From the NCBI RefSeq assembly GCF_009914755.1, contig NC_060932.1: 64,000 nt of DNA; one strand, written 5' to 3'. This DNA is from the human T2T-CHM13v2.0 reference genome, Homo sapiens. Both the position numbers and the translations under genes were made by a program. Shown piece by piece: positions 36,376 through 52,904 of the stretch (its first letter is position 1; each line of letters begins with the position of its first letter). Under the pieces are notes generated by a model. That model did no database searches. It saw only the letters and a program-made list of their open reading frames with translations, and was not told the origin of the DNA.

Positions 36376-37644
36376 GTGTTTTCTTCTTTTAGTTAGGATG
36401 TTGAACCTTTACTTGAGACACAAGGATACGTGTTTATATAATTCATTTAATCAAAGAAGTATGTTAGCTCAAAACATCATCCTTGTGTACAAGGCAAGAA
36501 TTAGTATTTGTGCTTGTTTCTCCCTGTTTTATATAAGGAAGAATCACAGTAATGGAAGATGGATAATTATACAGACACCTTTTCAATTAGCATCAGAGAT
36601 GGGCAGAGGGGTGCTCTTTCTACACAAGCCTTTATCTACCTACCACACGTGAGGCTATGTTGAAATAGGAGAAAAATATCCCTGCTGTTGATAAGGCAGC
36701 CCTAACCAAAAGGGACAGACACATAAATCAAGACAGGCCGGCATTGTGACTGTGCTTTTGATAGTGGAAATTAAATCTGACCATTAACCCTTTAATTCTC
36801 CAGATTCATCAAAGACGCCATTTACAGTTCCTAACTTTGAAGTACATAAATAGCTTCATCTGAACACAAACTTCTAGATACATGAAAAAAAGCTATTATG
36901 CCAAATTAATTCAATCTAACTAATTAGAGAGCAGGAAGTTCCTTCAATTATTTTATGTGCTGTCTGAGAAACACACTTGAATATGAGTACAGATTTCATT
37001 AATTGCAGTTCATTATTTTCCAGATTAGTTACTAAACTTGCATCAGAAGGTCAAAGACAGCAATTTTGTCAGCTGCCACCTCTTTCAGTGCAGTATTTTT
37101 GCATTTCTGGAACTCAGACAGAAATTGATTACAAACAAAAACAAATCTCCATAAAAATGAGAAACATAAGTCCTTATGAATATGTTCAAACCAAAAGATC
37201 TTGTAAATTATACGAATATCTTTGTTTTTAAACTTTCTGAATAAACTATTGACTTTTGTCTTACAAAAAAAGATCCAGGAACCTTTCCGTTTCCATTTGA
37301 TAAACAATATTAAGAAAAAGTAACAAGAAAATAATAACATCTTCACCTGAGAACCTGCTGATTCCAAAGAACAGGTTAATAAGCATCCAGGTTTTCATTA
37401 AAGCTTCTCTGCAGTTATGGGTCTGTGTATCTTTGCATGAGGGAGGGAACTGAACATTCTTGTCTGAAAATGTGAAGGACACTCTAATGAAAAGTATTTT
37501 TTGATAATAATCATTCCTTCACTACACAACTTGTGTACCTCTTTTCCACTTAACATAACAAAATATAAGGAATGACTGGTAAAAACAGGACCCATTCTAT
37601 TCCTCAGTCCTTACCTGGATTATTTTATATCCTCATAAACTTTC

Positions 37645-37830
37645 TGTTTTTATTTTATTTTTGAGACAGGTGTGTGTCACCACACCCACATATTTTTTTT
37701 TTTAATTTTTAGTAGAGACAGGGGTCTTGTTATGTTGCCCAGGCTGGTCTCGAACTCCTGAGCTCAAGTGATCTGCCTGCCTTGGCCTCCCAAAGTGCTG
37801 AGATAAAGGTGTGAGCCACAGCACCCAGTC
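37645..37830 (-). mobile_element. Internally deleted Alu
   Basis: ttgagacagg is joined directly to mid-Alu sequence, then the left arm. Confidence 0.85.
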
Positions 37831-37832
37831 TA

Positions 37833-38039
<207 letters not shown>

Positions 38040-38477
38040 CTATCTATAAACCATTTTCCCACTGTCAGCTGTCACCATTCTCTCTGTTAATTTCATTTCT
38101 ATGGCCCTAGGACCCTCCACTGCTTTAGCAAAACCATCCCTAACAATCCTTCCCCTCCTTGGTGCTGGTATCCCTTGAATGCTTATATAGTCAGCTCTCT
38201 TAGTCATTGTTTGGTGAAGCCATAAATAACTCCTTTAATCCTTCCTCATAAATCATTTTTGATGTTATTCTCTGAAACAATTCCAACTGGTCACTGCATT
38301 TCTAGTAGTAATAAATCCAGAACCAAGTACAGTAATCTAAGTGTCATCTAATAATATCAAAGAGAGCCCAGGGCGGGGGCTGGGGTTTTGTTTAGATAGG
38401 ATAGTGTGAGTTTCTGCATTATTACAACTGTTCAGAGAAGTTTTAAGTCTCCAAGCTAAACTGGAATAAAAACATAT

Positions 38478-38699
38478 GTGGGTGACTAAGCCGGAGGATT
38501 ACTTGAGGCCAGGAGTTTGAGACCTGTCTCAACCAGGCATCATCTCACATACCTTTAGTCCCAGCTACTTGGGAGGCTGAGGTTAGAGGATCACCTGAGC
38601 CAAGGAGTTCAAGGCGGCAGTAAGCGATCATTGCACCACTGCACTCCAGCCTGAGTGATAAGCAAGACCTGGTCTCAAATAATAAAATAAAATAAAAAA
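38478..38699 (+). mobile_element. Partial, deleted AluJ
   Basis: Alu consensus segments with an (A/T)-rich tail. Confidence 0.85.
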
Positions 38700-39419
38700 G
38701 CAGTTTGTCTCTTTCATGACAGGTGGGAAATGGGAGACAAACGGTTTCAGGAAGTGTGTTATTAAACATGACTTGCTTGGTTTCCATGTCGATCCCCAAA
38801 CCATTCGGGGTGTTTTGTTTTTGTGCTGTTTCACATTATAACCCTTAAGCGATGTTGACTATCTAAGTCTTTAAGCCATATTAGTATCACTATTTCCCCC
38901 TTCCTATATTGTACTATTGATCCAGATTCCTTTTAGGCATATGAATGGGCCTGTATTTTTCTGGACTTTATCTTGATGTTATCTAAACATTTAAATATCT
39001 GATACTGCTTATTTTACAATCATTTAATGGTCAAAGACTATTGAAATTGGTGCACTAACAGGCACTAGTAAATAAAAATAAAGCACAAGACTCAAAACAG
39101 AGAGGAAGGTTCCGGGTACTTGTGTATTTCTTTAAGGTGCTGCTAAGTCCAGCACTGGATGCCTCACGCAGAGCCGTAGCCACGCCAGTGTGTGCGCAGG
39201 GCAGTCCAGCCACCGTCATCAACATCCACTCTGCTTCAGGCTTACTTGATTGGTGACACAGAGGATGGCCCTGGCTGCAGGGCGACTTTATTTCCATAAT
39301 GTATATAACACAGTCTCCCACAAACTCTTTGGTAGAAAGAGGGAGAAGTGTGGAGTGGAGAAGGTAGTTACCTGCTACCTGGAAATGAAATGTGTTGGTC
39401 TGTCACTCTGCGGCTTGAC

Positions 39420-39760
39420 AAGTGATGTCTACTTCCAGGTACAGAGCCCTGCCTTAGGCCTTATTATGTTCAATATTTCAATAGTCTCAAACGCAGAGAG
39501 ATTACAGCTTTAGAAGTGTGTGGACAGCCAGAATGTATGCATTATTTAAAAAATTACTCAGAAAGATCTTGATATCCTGGGAATGTTAAAACAACATCAA
39601 AGATAAAAAATTCTAGGAATGAATCTGAAGTTCCTCATTATTTTCACACATCAATTAGACCACATAATAAAAGAGAAGTAGTACAGTGACAAGAGTATCA
39701 ACAGACAAAAAACCTGGTGATGTTACCTGACCAACAGCACAATGAGCTAACACCTTTCAA
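39420..39760 (+). mobile_element. CR1/L3 relic
   Basis: tgttcaatatttc...aaagatcttga...tgaagttcctca resembles L3 ORF2. Confidence 0.5.
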
Positions 39761-40142
39761 AAGCAAGCCCACCCAAGCGCAGTTCCACGCTGCGTCGGTA
39801 GAGGCCACCATTTAGACGAGAAAGGAAACACTGCCAGCATTTGCAAGCCCAGGGGGAACTCTTCTCATTTCTGGACTCCTCACTTTAGGAAGCACCCTGG
39901 CGAGACAACTGTAGAATGACGAAGCGTTTCCCAGATGAGATGTGGGAGACTCATCTAGAGCTGTTAAGATGGGGGAGGTCTGAGAGAACAAAAATTCTAA
40001 GAGAGCTATCATCACGCCACTGCACTCCAGCCTGGGCAACAGAGCGAGACCTTGTCACAAAAAATAAATTAAAAAAAAAAACTTCTACATAATAGTAAAC
40101 TTATTCAAATATGTATATAAGAAGATTATACATATATATTTT

Positions 40143-40433
<291 letters not shown>

Positions 40434-41311
40434 TTATATATTTTAAAGGCTGTAATACTCACTTCATCCAAAATGATGGTTATTCTTTTTTCAAGTGCCC
40501 ATGAAGGATTAAAGATGCTTACTTAAAGAATATCTGCTAATCTAAACACCTTAAAAATAGGGTCTTGCTGGGCAGGGTGGCTCACATATACAATCCTCCC
40601 CACTCCCTTTACTTCCTGGTAAGAACAAACTCTGAGGCAAAGACTGGTTGATTATCTTGTTCCTGTAGAACCCCCAGGAGGGGGAGTAGAGATTGTTTTA
40701 GAAGTCCAAACTTCACATTGTAGTGAAGTTTGTGAAAATTGTGAAAATCACAAATCTGACTTTCAAGTGCATGGAACTCCATTATAACAAAGATTACTAT
40801 TTTAAAAAAATGAGGAACACTAAAGGAGTCTAGCCAATACAGCATTTTTCTTCTTCCTGTTATTTGCAATTCCACAGGCACTAAAAATGCCCTTTTTCAG
40901 AGAAGAAACACACTTCAGAGTACAACAAGTGAAAGCATAAAGCATATTCAAAGCATATTTAAAGTATGCTTCACTTGTTGTACCCTGAAGTGTGACCCAA
41001 GTAAGAAAAAGTTTTCTTGACATTATCATCTATAATTCTAATTTATTTCTCACAGAGCTTTAGTAGAGATGGTCAGTGAAAATGAGACAACCAAGAGCGT
41101 CTCTGATCAACTAAATCCAAAATGAAAAGCTAAGATTTCTCTCTCCTTTGGAAATGTTCTTTAGCACTTCCACCAACCTAGGAAAAGAAAGTTCTTAAAT
41201 ATGTCTTCATCCCTCTAATCCCCACTCAGCCATGCTTCTTTCACCTCTAAGCTGTAAACACAGTCCTGTCTACCACTGAGTAGCACTTGGGACCCACAAT
41301 CTAATATTACA

Positions 41312-41600
41312 GTCTGGGCATGGTGGCTCACGCCTATAATCCCAGCCACTTGGGATACCAGACGGGAGGACTTGAGCCCAGGAGTTCAAGACCAACCTGG
41401 GCAACACAACGAGACTCTGTCTCTAAAAATAAAAATATTTAAAAAGTTAGCTGGGCGTGATGGAGCGCACTTGTAGTCCTAGCTCCTTGGGAGACTGAGG
41501 GTGGAGGATTCCCTGAGCCCAGGAGTTCAACGCTGCAGTGAGCTATCATCGCACCACTGCACTCCAGACTGGGCGACATACCAAGACCCTGTCTCTAAAA
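41312..41600 (+). mobile_element. AluJ
   Basis: Diverged dimeric Alu. Confidence 0.9.
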
Positions 41601-41629
41601 TAATATTATTATAATCTGTTCACATGTCA

Positions 41630-42059
<430 letters not shown>

Positions 42060-42860
42060 GAAAGAAATGGTAATGTAGTGCCTGCATGTATGGTGGAAGC
42101 TGTTCTGGTGTGGCTGTTCAACAAAGCCCACTCTAGACTCAGACGTCCTTCCTCAGAGTGGCCTTTCCTGAATGTTCTACGGGAGGCCTTTGGGAAGAGC
42201 AGCCTGGGTGGGTGGCAGGGCCAGCGCCAGAGCTCTTAGACTGAAGGCGCTTCACATGCTTATAGGCTAAAAAGGCAGCTTATCTGGCTTAGTACTGGTG
42301 AGCGAATAAAGAAGAACGAAGATTCAAGGCCGGGGTACAGGCACTGCAGGGCACTGTGAGCCACAGTGAGAAATTCACATTTCACTCCTTTCAGTGGGAG
42401 ACACTGGAAGGTGTCACACCACTGACGACTGTGAGGCTGTGAAAGATCATTCTGGCTACTCTGTTTAAACAGCTAAAGCCACGGAACTCAATGAGATTTA
42501 TGCATGGAAGGAAACAGGTTTAAAAACAAAAAAGAACACCCCCGTTGGAGCTCTGGGCACTGGATGTAAAGACTTGATGGAATCTACAGTCCCAGGAGTG
42601 GATCGCGGACCGAGGGAAGGGAAGTCAGGCGAAGGAAGTTGCACTGAAGCCTGGAGATGTAAGTGTTTCCAGCATTATGTTGACGCCAAGTCTGCAGGAT
42701 GAGGACAAGGCGGTGTGGGCAAGGGGGAGCTCCCTGGCCACCCTGAGAAAAGGGAAATGCCTTCCAAGGAGCAGAGTTCTCACAAACCAACTGGAATGTT
42801 CTGGCTTTACTACCAGGTATCTTCATCAAGACCAGTTTTAGATTTATATACTTTATGTAT

Positions 42861-43173
42861 TTTTATTTTTATTTATTTACTTTGAGACAGAGTCTCACTC
42901 TGTCACCCAGGCTGGAATGCAGTGGCATGATCTTGGCTCACTGCAACCTCTGCCTCCCGCGTTCAAGCGATTCTCATGCCTCATAGCCTCATTCTAATTC
43001 TCATAGCCTCCTGTGTAGCTATGACTACAGGAGCACGCCTGGCTAATTTTTGTAGTAAAGACAGGGTTTCGCCATGTTGGCCAGGCTGGTCTCAAATTCC
43101 TGACCTCAGGTGAGCCACCTGCCTTGGCCTCCCTGAGGGCTGGGGTTATAGGTGTGAGCCACTGCACTCGGCC
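42861..43173 (-). mobile_element. AluS with small internal duplication and deletion
   Basis: Antisense Alu consensus. Confidence 0.92.
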
Positions 43174-44900
43174 ATATATTTTATATTTTTATGAAATACA
43201 AAATATTTGTATGAGGCCAGTTTTCCCAAACCTTTGCTCATATGTGCTCAAACAATAAATGAACAGACTGGAGTAAATGAATAAAAATTGCTTATGAAAT
43301 CTTCTATATATTTCAAGGTAACCTCTAACCTGGGCATTATAGTTATTCTCCAATCACTACATTTGTTTCTAACACACTGTTGTTCCTCTCACTTCCAGAG
43401 AGAGCTAATCACTCGTTGCCAAAACAGTAAGAGCATAAGTAAGTTCTACAGGTAGCAGGTGATGTGACTTGCTACATGGAAAACTGAAAATAGCTTTAAA
43501 GGAGAATAGTAATGATGGCAGGCTGACTCCGTGACTTCCAACGTGATTCCAATTTCCTTCAACCTACATGACTCCGCCTTCACCAAACAGCAACTGAAAA
43601 CACTGGATAGCAGACTTCACTGAATAAAAATAAGAATCACCACAGACAGGCACTTATAAATGCAGATTACAAGGTCTCTCCAAGTTAGCTATGGGTTCCC
43701 AGCGCAGGCTGAGAAACTATTTTTTAAAACAGCTCCTAAATCTGACAGTTCATGAATCACACTTTGTGAAACAATGATGCAGAAGTTTAGAACTGAATAA
43801 CGTACAAAATAATGACCCACTGGTTCAGTTCTGGTGGATCTCTGGGGAAAAAAAGCACTGGGAAAAATAATCACTGCCTACCTCGGTCCCCACAGGACTT
43901 GGCTCCTGCAGTCATAGATTCATTTCAGTAACTCTCAAGCCCCACCATGTGTCTAAATACAATTTAAACAGCTGCAAAATCTTGGTTTTAATTGTTTCAT
44001 CTACTGTATGTGTATGCTTATTTATATGCTTATATAAAGCTAGATTTTTAAAAATTACATATCTGCATGGCAGCCTGATAAAACTAATTCCTTCTCCCCT
44101 GAATATGCATTCATACACTTAGAAAATTCTTTAGTTAAGTCTCAGACGATTCACCTGGATTACTGCAACTTGAATGTTTAGAAGAACGTGAAGAAGCTGA
44201 TGTCAAAAGACCTATTTGGACAACAGAACTTGCCCTGTATGTGTTTTTGAATGAGTATAAATAAATCCTCATTTATCATTTTCTGCTGAGTTAACACCTA
44301 TATAACGCTGGAAATTGCATTTCCAATGGGGTTCCCATTCACTATTGCATAAGAGCAGCTTCCTGATTGTTTGGAAAACCTTTTCGCATTTGCTCTAACA
44401 CTTACCCTAGAGCTGGGTAAAGAGTTTTAAGAGAAAAGGATATAAGACAGGTGATCACTTTTCAGTGAAAGAACAGGTTATCCACAGCAGAGAAAACAGA
44501 GGTTGAGAGGGAAGGGCACTCATGATATAAAATTGTTTGAAAAAACAAATGAAATCAAAAAATAAAAATAGAATTACATTTTCTACTTGGCAATACACAA
44601 ACAATGCTAAGTGCACTTCATAAATTTTACTACCGCTGCTCTAAGTGTTATTACCATACATCACATTAGCAGTGTCCTTGGCACTTCTTAAAAGCAGAAA
44701 GGAAGGAGTGTGTCCGTAAGTTTAAACAGCTCTGTTATCTCTGAAGAGAGTGGCGGAGAAAAGACCGACAGCTGTTTCTGGGTTTAAAAACCCAGTTTAG
44801 CCCCAACCCAGAGGCCGCACCTCCACCTCCAGCTTTGGCGCAACACAGAGCACCGCTTTATTAGAAAAACGTTCACAGCTGTTTTCTCGGTGCTTTTTAC

Positions 44901-45034
44901 CTGGTGTGCGAGGGGAGACGGCCGCTTGCCCCTCTTCTCATCGCGGACGGGAAAGAGAGACTTGAGGAGCTTTGGCATTTGCGGCACGAAGGATTTGACA
45001 GGATTCAAGTAGGATGCTGCAAGGTTACTGAGTC
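44901..45034 (-). CDS. KIF13B: KIF13B exon 37, (G)LSNLAASYLNPVKSFVPQMPKLLKSLFPVRDEKRGKRPSPLAHQ
   Basis: 134 nt; acceptor gggcag|GA, donor CAG|gtaaaa; frame consistent with neighbours. Confidence 0.95.
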
Positions 45035-47631
45035 CTGCCCATATTACAGGGGAAAAAGATAAAACAAATACAATTACATAGACATCTTCTTTCCTGTACA
45101 TTTGACAGACATCACTTGTCAGCAAATCTAACAAAAACCAAAGGTATCCTTAAAAAATATTAGAGAAACACAGTATTATTGTAGTTTACATAATTTCCCT
45201 CAAACATAGTAATGTCTCTTTTTCAATTAAATAGCAGTAACTGGGGTGCTGCCAAAATGCTCTAGTATGCAGTGTTCCTATCAGCATCAGAACAGTAATT
45301 CACCTCTATCCTGTCACTAATTGGCACAAGCATTCACTTCTGCCCTAGAATAAAATGGGATTGGTTTTTAAGTCACACTGCCAATGACACAGATGTATAG
45401 CTCTTTGTCTAGACTTTAAGCTCTTTGAAGTCAGGGACTATGTCTTATTCAATCTAATTTTTCATAACTACTGAAGGAAGATGATGAAACTGACCTTTTG
45501 GGAAAAGGGTAAAGGGTAGTGTTTGAGTTGTTTGTTAAAAGTCAGGGAGAGACGCCCTGAACAACTTACGTTCTTACCTGCTGTTAATTTCCAAAGACTG
45601 GGATCAGAGGTACAGACAGGTATACTTATGATATACTAAGACTTCTTCCCCCTATTAATTTATAGTAAAATCTAATCCCAAGTCATAAGTGATAAAAAGC
45701 CGTATTCACACAACATTTAGAAATGAACAAGCAAGTCACCTTAAGGAATACATTTGCCTCAACAGATGCACACAACTCCCCCCAGATCTCTTCTCCACAC
45801 TAACCCTGAAAGGATTCCAAACTTACTGGCAATTCAGTTGGTAAATGGATGGATACAGCTGTAAGGTTTCTACATTTTACATAAAGCAGTAGAATATTAA
45901 GTGTAAGTATACGGCAAAAAGTTAAAGATGTACATTGTAATCATGAGGGCGACCACTGAAAAATAAAAAAGCAAAGAGATGGCTATACCGAGCCGAGAGA
46001 TACATCATACCTCAGTTTAGAAAAGTCCAATTATTTACAGCAAGGCAAAAACAAGGATGAGAAAAATAAGAGAGGAGACAGAAAATAAAATAGGGTTAAG
46101 ATGAATAAAGATCCAAAAATATACAATTATTTCAAAGATGAGGAAAAAAATTACAATCTAGAGTTCTGTATCAAATTAAACTAACATTCTAGAGTAAGGA
46201 CAATCCCTCATTAAGTAAAAATCTAGCCAGTAATGAATCAAAGGCCGCACATATCACTAAATGAGACCATCAGACATTATGTGTCTCCAACCTCCCGACC
46301 ACACATCCACACCCACCCACCCTACCACATGCATCCTTCTCAAATCAGCTGAATCGAATCAAGGATCTAGCTCTACCTACCAGTTCACAGGCAATACAGG
46401 GGACAGAATTGCGTTTCAACAGTCTCACGGGAACACAACAGGAAAAGTAAGAATGAACAGAATCTGCTGTGCAAGAACCTGGCCTACTGTGCCAGTCTAC
46501 TCTACAAGAACCTAGTTTCTTCAACAAACACAATGCATGGTCGTGAAGTATTTCTCACCAATAAAAAATAAATGACTAATGCAATCAACAATCTGGGAAA
46601 ATTTAACACGTATGGTAAGCAAAAGAGACAGACACAAAAAGGACATACATCATATGGCCCCATTTATGAAACTGCAGAAGTAATCTAGAGAAGTAGTCGT
46701 CAGAACACTGGCTGACCACAGGGAATGGGAATTAACTGGAGTCATGTCAATGTCCTATATTTTGACTGGGGTATGAATCACATGGATATATACAAATACA
46801 TTTGGTAAAACATTAAATATGACCCACGGTCAACAAAGGAATCAATAAAAATAGACCATGAGATGTCTAGATACTGGATTTAACAGACAACGACTTTAAG
46901 GCAGCTTTCTTAACCAAGTCCAAAGATGCAAAGGAGAATACAGTCTTGACAAGTGCACAGACCAGGAACATCAGCGGAGAAATTAAAACTAGAAAAGCAG
47001 CAGCAAATGGAAATTCTAGAACTGAAAAAAAAACAATGACTGAAATGAAAAAATTCCCTGGATGTGCTTAACAGAGCCCTGGAAATCACAGAAAAAAATT
47101 ATCCAACTAGAAAAAATAAAAAGATTAAAAAAAAAAAAAAAGAACAGAGCCTCTGTGACCTGTAGGACAATATTAAACAATCTAACCTATGAGTAATTAG
47201 ATTCTCAGAAAGAGCAGAGAGAAAAGGATGGGGGAAAAGTTTTAATGAATAATGTCTAAACATTTCTCACGATTGCTGAAAAACATCAATTTACGGATCC
47301 AATAACTTGATAAGCAAGTTAAATACTAAGAAAATGATAACTAAGCAAATCATAGTACAGTTACCACAAAGATAAAGAGAAACTTCTGAAAGTAGGTGAA
47401 CCAAACAAAGATACCACACTGAGTGGGAGGTGACAAATGATGGCTGAATTCTCAGCAGAAAAGAAGGAGCTGGAGATGAGGAAACATCTTTGAAGTGCTA
47501 AAAGAAAAAACCTCCAACTCAGAGTTCTCTATCCAGTGAAAATATTCTTAAAACAACAACAAAACAAAACAGTGAAATAAAGATACTTTCAAAAAAGGAG
47601 AGCATTTTTCTCCAGGAGGACTGTACTCTTA

Positions 47632-47951
<320 letters not shown>

Positions 47952-48040
47952 CTACAGAATATTCTTCAGGCTAAAAAGAAATAAAATCAGATTAAAATAA
48001 GACCTTCAGGAAAGACTGGATACTGCCAGAAATAATCTGA

Positions 48041-48441
<401 letters not shown>

Positions 48442-48445
48442 AAGC

Positions 48446-48739
48446 TTTTCTTTTTTTTTTTTTTTTTTTTTTTGAGAAAGGATCTCACTCTGTCGCCTAG
48501 ACCTGAGTACAGTGATGCAATTGTGCCTCACTGCAGCCTCAACCTCCCAGGTTCAGGTAATTCTCCCACTTCAGCCTCCTGAGTAGAGGGACTACAAGTG
48601 TGTACCACCACGCTCAGCTGATTTTTGTATTTTTTTGTGGAGATGGGGTTTTGCCATGTTGCCCAGGCTGGTCTCAACTAACCCACACCTAGGCCTCCCA
48701 AAGTGCTAGGGCTACAGGTGGGAGCTACCGCACCCGGCC
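48446..48739 (-). mobile_element. AluJ
   Basis: Antisense diverged Alu directly after the previous one. Confidence 0.9.
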
Positions 48740-50045
48740 TACAGGTGGCTATTTTAAAGCAAAAAGAATAACGTCATAAAGTGAGGTGTGAATACCTATA
48801 TATGTAGAAGATGAAACAACAGTACAAAATGAGGGGCCCAGAGGAACAGGTCAATGACTTACACTGTTGCATGGTTCCTGTATTTGTGAGGTGAGGGGTG
48901 ACGTCATATGAACTCTAAGCGATTTGATAAGTTAAGGATGCCAAGTAGGGTTTCTGAGCAAAGACTTTAGCAAACAAATACAGGTGTCCAAAAAAGCAAA
49001 AAGAGGAAATAAAATGAGATACTAATTTTTGTTTATTAACCCAAAAGAAGGTAAATAAGGAGTTACAGTGAAACAAAAAACAGAATGGCCAAGCAGAAAA
49101 CCAATAAAAATATGGCGGACCAGAATGGGAGGCAATGGAAGGGTTCGTGAAGCATGCCGATTGAAGGGTAGGAACTACGAGATGAGATTCAGGGGGAAAT
49201 AACTGGACCCAACCAAATGTTGTCTACAAGGCAATCGCTTTTAATTTAAAGACAAACACAGGCTAAAATTTTAAAAGCCAAGAAAAAGATACATCGTGCA
49301 AACAGTAAATAAATTTGATGCAGTTATATATAAATGATAGGTAAGAGAGATTTCAAGGTAAGAGTATTCCCAGAGACAAAAGGGACATTTCATGATAGGC
49401 CACTCTATCAGGAAGATATAACAATCTTAAATGTGTTATATCAGGAAGATATAACAATCTTAAATAATTAGAAGCTAATTATCAGAGCTTCTAAATGAAT
49501 GAAGTAAAAACTGGTATAAAGGGAAACACAGATAATTTTCACAATTATATTTGGATATCTAATGCCCTCTCAAGAACTGATGGAATAGGCCTCCACCAAA
49601 TCAGCAAAGATCCAGAGGATTTGAACAAGGCAATAAACCACAGTGACCTAATTAGATATACATAGAACATCATGTCCCCAAACACAATAGTGCACATAGA
49701 ATATTAACCAAGATAGAACACAATCTGGAATACAGATTACCCCCAAAAATAAAAAAGAATTAATGCTAGTTGATAAGTCATGGATCAAAGAAGCAATCAG
49801 AGGGAAATTTTAAAATACTCTGAATAGAATGAAAATGAAAGCACAACATACCAAAATATGTGAAATGCAGAAAAATTTAAAAAATCAATTGCAATAGAAA
49901 AAGCCAAAAACTGGTTCTGAGATTAATATATATGATAAACCTGTCAGAAAAGTATTCAAAACAGATAATACAAATTATCAGTATCAGAATAAAAAGAAGG
50001 AACATCACAAGAGATCCTATAAGTATTTAAAAAATAAGGTAAAGT

Positions 50046-50379
<334 letters not shown>

Positions 50380-50433
50380 CTAGATAAACTAAGAAACTCC
50401 TTGAAAAAAATATAACCTATGATAGGTGACTCA

Positions 50434-50874
<441 letters not shown>

Positions 50875-51288
50875 CTAATCTTACATAAACTCTCCCAGAA
50901 AAAAAAAATGAGGAGAAACATTTCCCAAGTCGTTTTATGAAGCCAATGCAATCATAACAAAACCTAACAAAGACATGAAGATGAGAAGATAAAACATTAC
51001 AGATATTTACTATAGAGCACATACACAAAAGTCCTTAAAAAAGAGGTGCAAAGAGATTCCAGCAATGTACGGCTAACACATCATGATCAGGCGGTATATA
51101 TCAGAGCAATGCAAGATCAATCCAACATTCCAGAGCCAATGGAACTCAACCTGTTAAGAGGAGAAATGAAACAACTCGATGGACATTATCTAGCAGAACA
51201 GTGGCTGCCTGGCAGGAAATTCTAATTTAAACTTTCTGAAAGATGCTCAGATTTCTGACAGTAATTGACAAGTGAAAAGATAACTTAC

Positions 51289-51397
51289 CTGGATCTGGAG
51301 AATGGTTATTTTGGGGAGAAACAGAGAGGGCGGGGGCAGGAGCTATTCCTCTGGAAACTGTGGTTTGGGATACATCCTGCTGACTTTCCCACCGGCC
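51289..51397 (-). CDS. KIF13B: KIF13B exon 36, GRWESQQDVSQTTVSRGIAPAPALSVSPQNNHSPDP(G)
   Basis: 109 nt; acceptor ctttactag|GGC, donor CCAG|gtaagt. Confidence 0.95.
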
Positions 51398-51533
51398 CTA
51401 GTAAAGACAAAATTGGCAATTTTGTTTCAAGTTATTCAATTAACCAAACAAAAAAAAATTACAGATACTCAAGAAAAAAAACTGTTATATATTACTAAAG
51501 CTCCTTTGAATATAAGCTTGATTACATCAGCAC

Positions 51534-51826
51534 TTTTTTTTTCTATTTTAAGAGACAGAGTTTCTGTCACCCAGGCTGGAGTGCAGGGGTGCGCCATCAT
51601 AGCGCATGTAACCTCTAACTCTTAGACTCAAGCAATTCTCCCGCCTCAGCCTCCATAGCAGTGGGGACTGCAGCTACATGCCACCACATGAGGCTAATCT
51701 TTTTACTACTTTTGTAGAGACGGGATGTCACTATGTTGCCCATACTCAAACTCCCAGCATCAAGCAATCCTCCTTCCTTGGTCTCCCAAAGTACTGGCAT
51801 TACAGGTGTGAGCCACCATGCCCGAT
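51534..51826 (-). mobile_element. AluJ
   Basis: Antisense diverged Alu; repeat atcagcactttt on both flanks. Confidence 0.9.
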
Positions 51827-52629
51827 CAGCACTTTTCTTCTACTTGTCATCCTGCTTATTTTATTAATTTCTCCAACAATAATAATCATACCCCCCCACA
51901 CACATTTGGACAGCCCCTCCATACTGCAGTTTACAGTCTCCCATTAAGCTCTGTCCTAACATGTTTTCTACTCTGCATCCTGTTGCCTCCCACAGAATAC
52001 AGACGTATTCCTTCTGCAATTCTCCCTTCGGTTCTGCTTTGAGACCACTTCTGCTCTTTTGCCTCAAGATACCCTTTTTCACTCAGTTCTCCACAGAAAC
52101 CCACGAACAACTCTATAGTCAGAGGGTGTCTCTTCTCTCTACTCCCAGACTGTGTTTCCACTGACTCACATATAGTGCATAACAGTAAATATTACCAAAT
52201 CTCTCATTTTAAATAGATATTAAAGATAAATTACAGTCAAACCCAAGTCAAATAATTACAAATTCTCAATGATGGAAGTCTCTGAATTATCAAATTTTAT
52301 TGTATTCTCAACTTATTTGTAAATTCCCATTAAAGACATTTCATCAGTTGATAGATTAAAAGACCATTCCAAAATTCATGGTGAGCCATAAAAATAGTGA
52401 TACCATCAAAGCACTTTTAACTTCAGCCCTATCTAGGGAAGAAATAAACCCCAAATGTTGCTTGTACTAAAACTGATAAGAGATGAGATGTAAATCTTTT
52501 AAATGCTTTAAGTTCCCTTTGATCCCCTGATAATCACTGACTTCTTTACCACTGGAGTTTAATAATCGTGTGCAATATGAGTTTGAGCTAGTGCTGCACA
52601 GATGAATAATCCTAATGATTAACTCGAGG

Positions 52630-52904
52630 TTTTTTTTTTTTGAGACTGAGTTTCATTGGCGCAATCTCGGCTCACCGCAACCTCCACCTCCTGGGTTCAA
52701 GCGATTCTCCTGCCTTAGACTCCTGAGTAGTTCGGATTACAGGCATGCGCCACCATGCCCGGCTAATTTTGTATTTTTAGTAGAGATGGAGGGGGTGTTT
52801 CCTCCATGTTGGTCAGACTGGTCTCGAACTCCTGACCTCAGGTGATCCGCCCGCCTCGGCCTCCCAAAGTGCTGAGATTACAGGCGTGAGCCAACGCGCC
52901 TGGC
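52630..52904 (-). mobile_element. AluSp-like with internal deletion
   Basis: ctccatgttggtcag diagnostic. Confidence 0.9.
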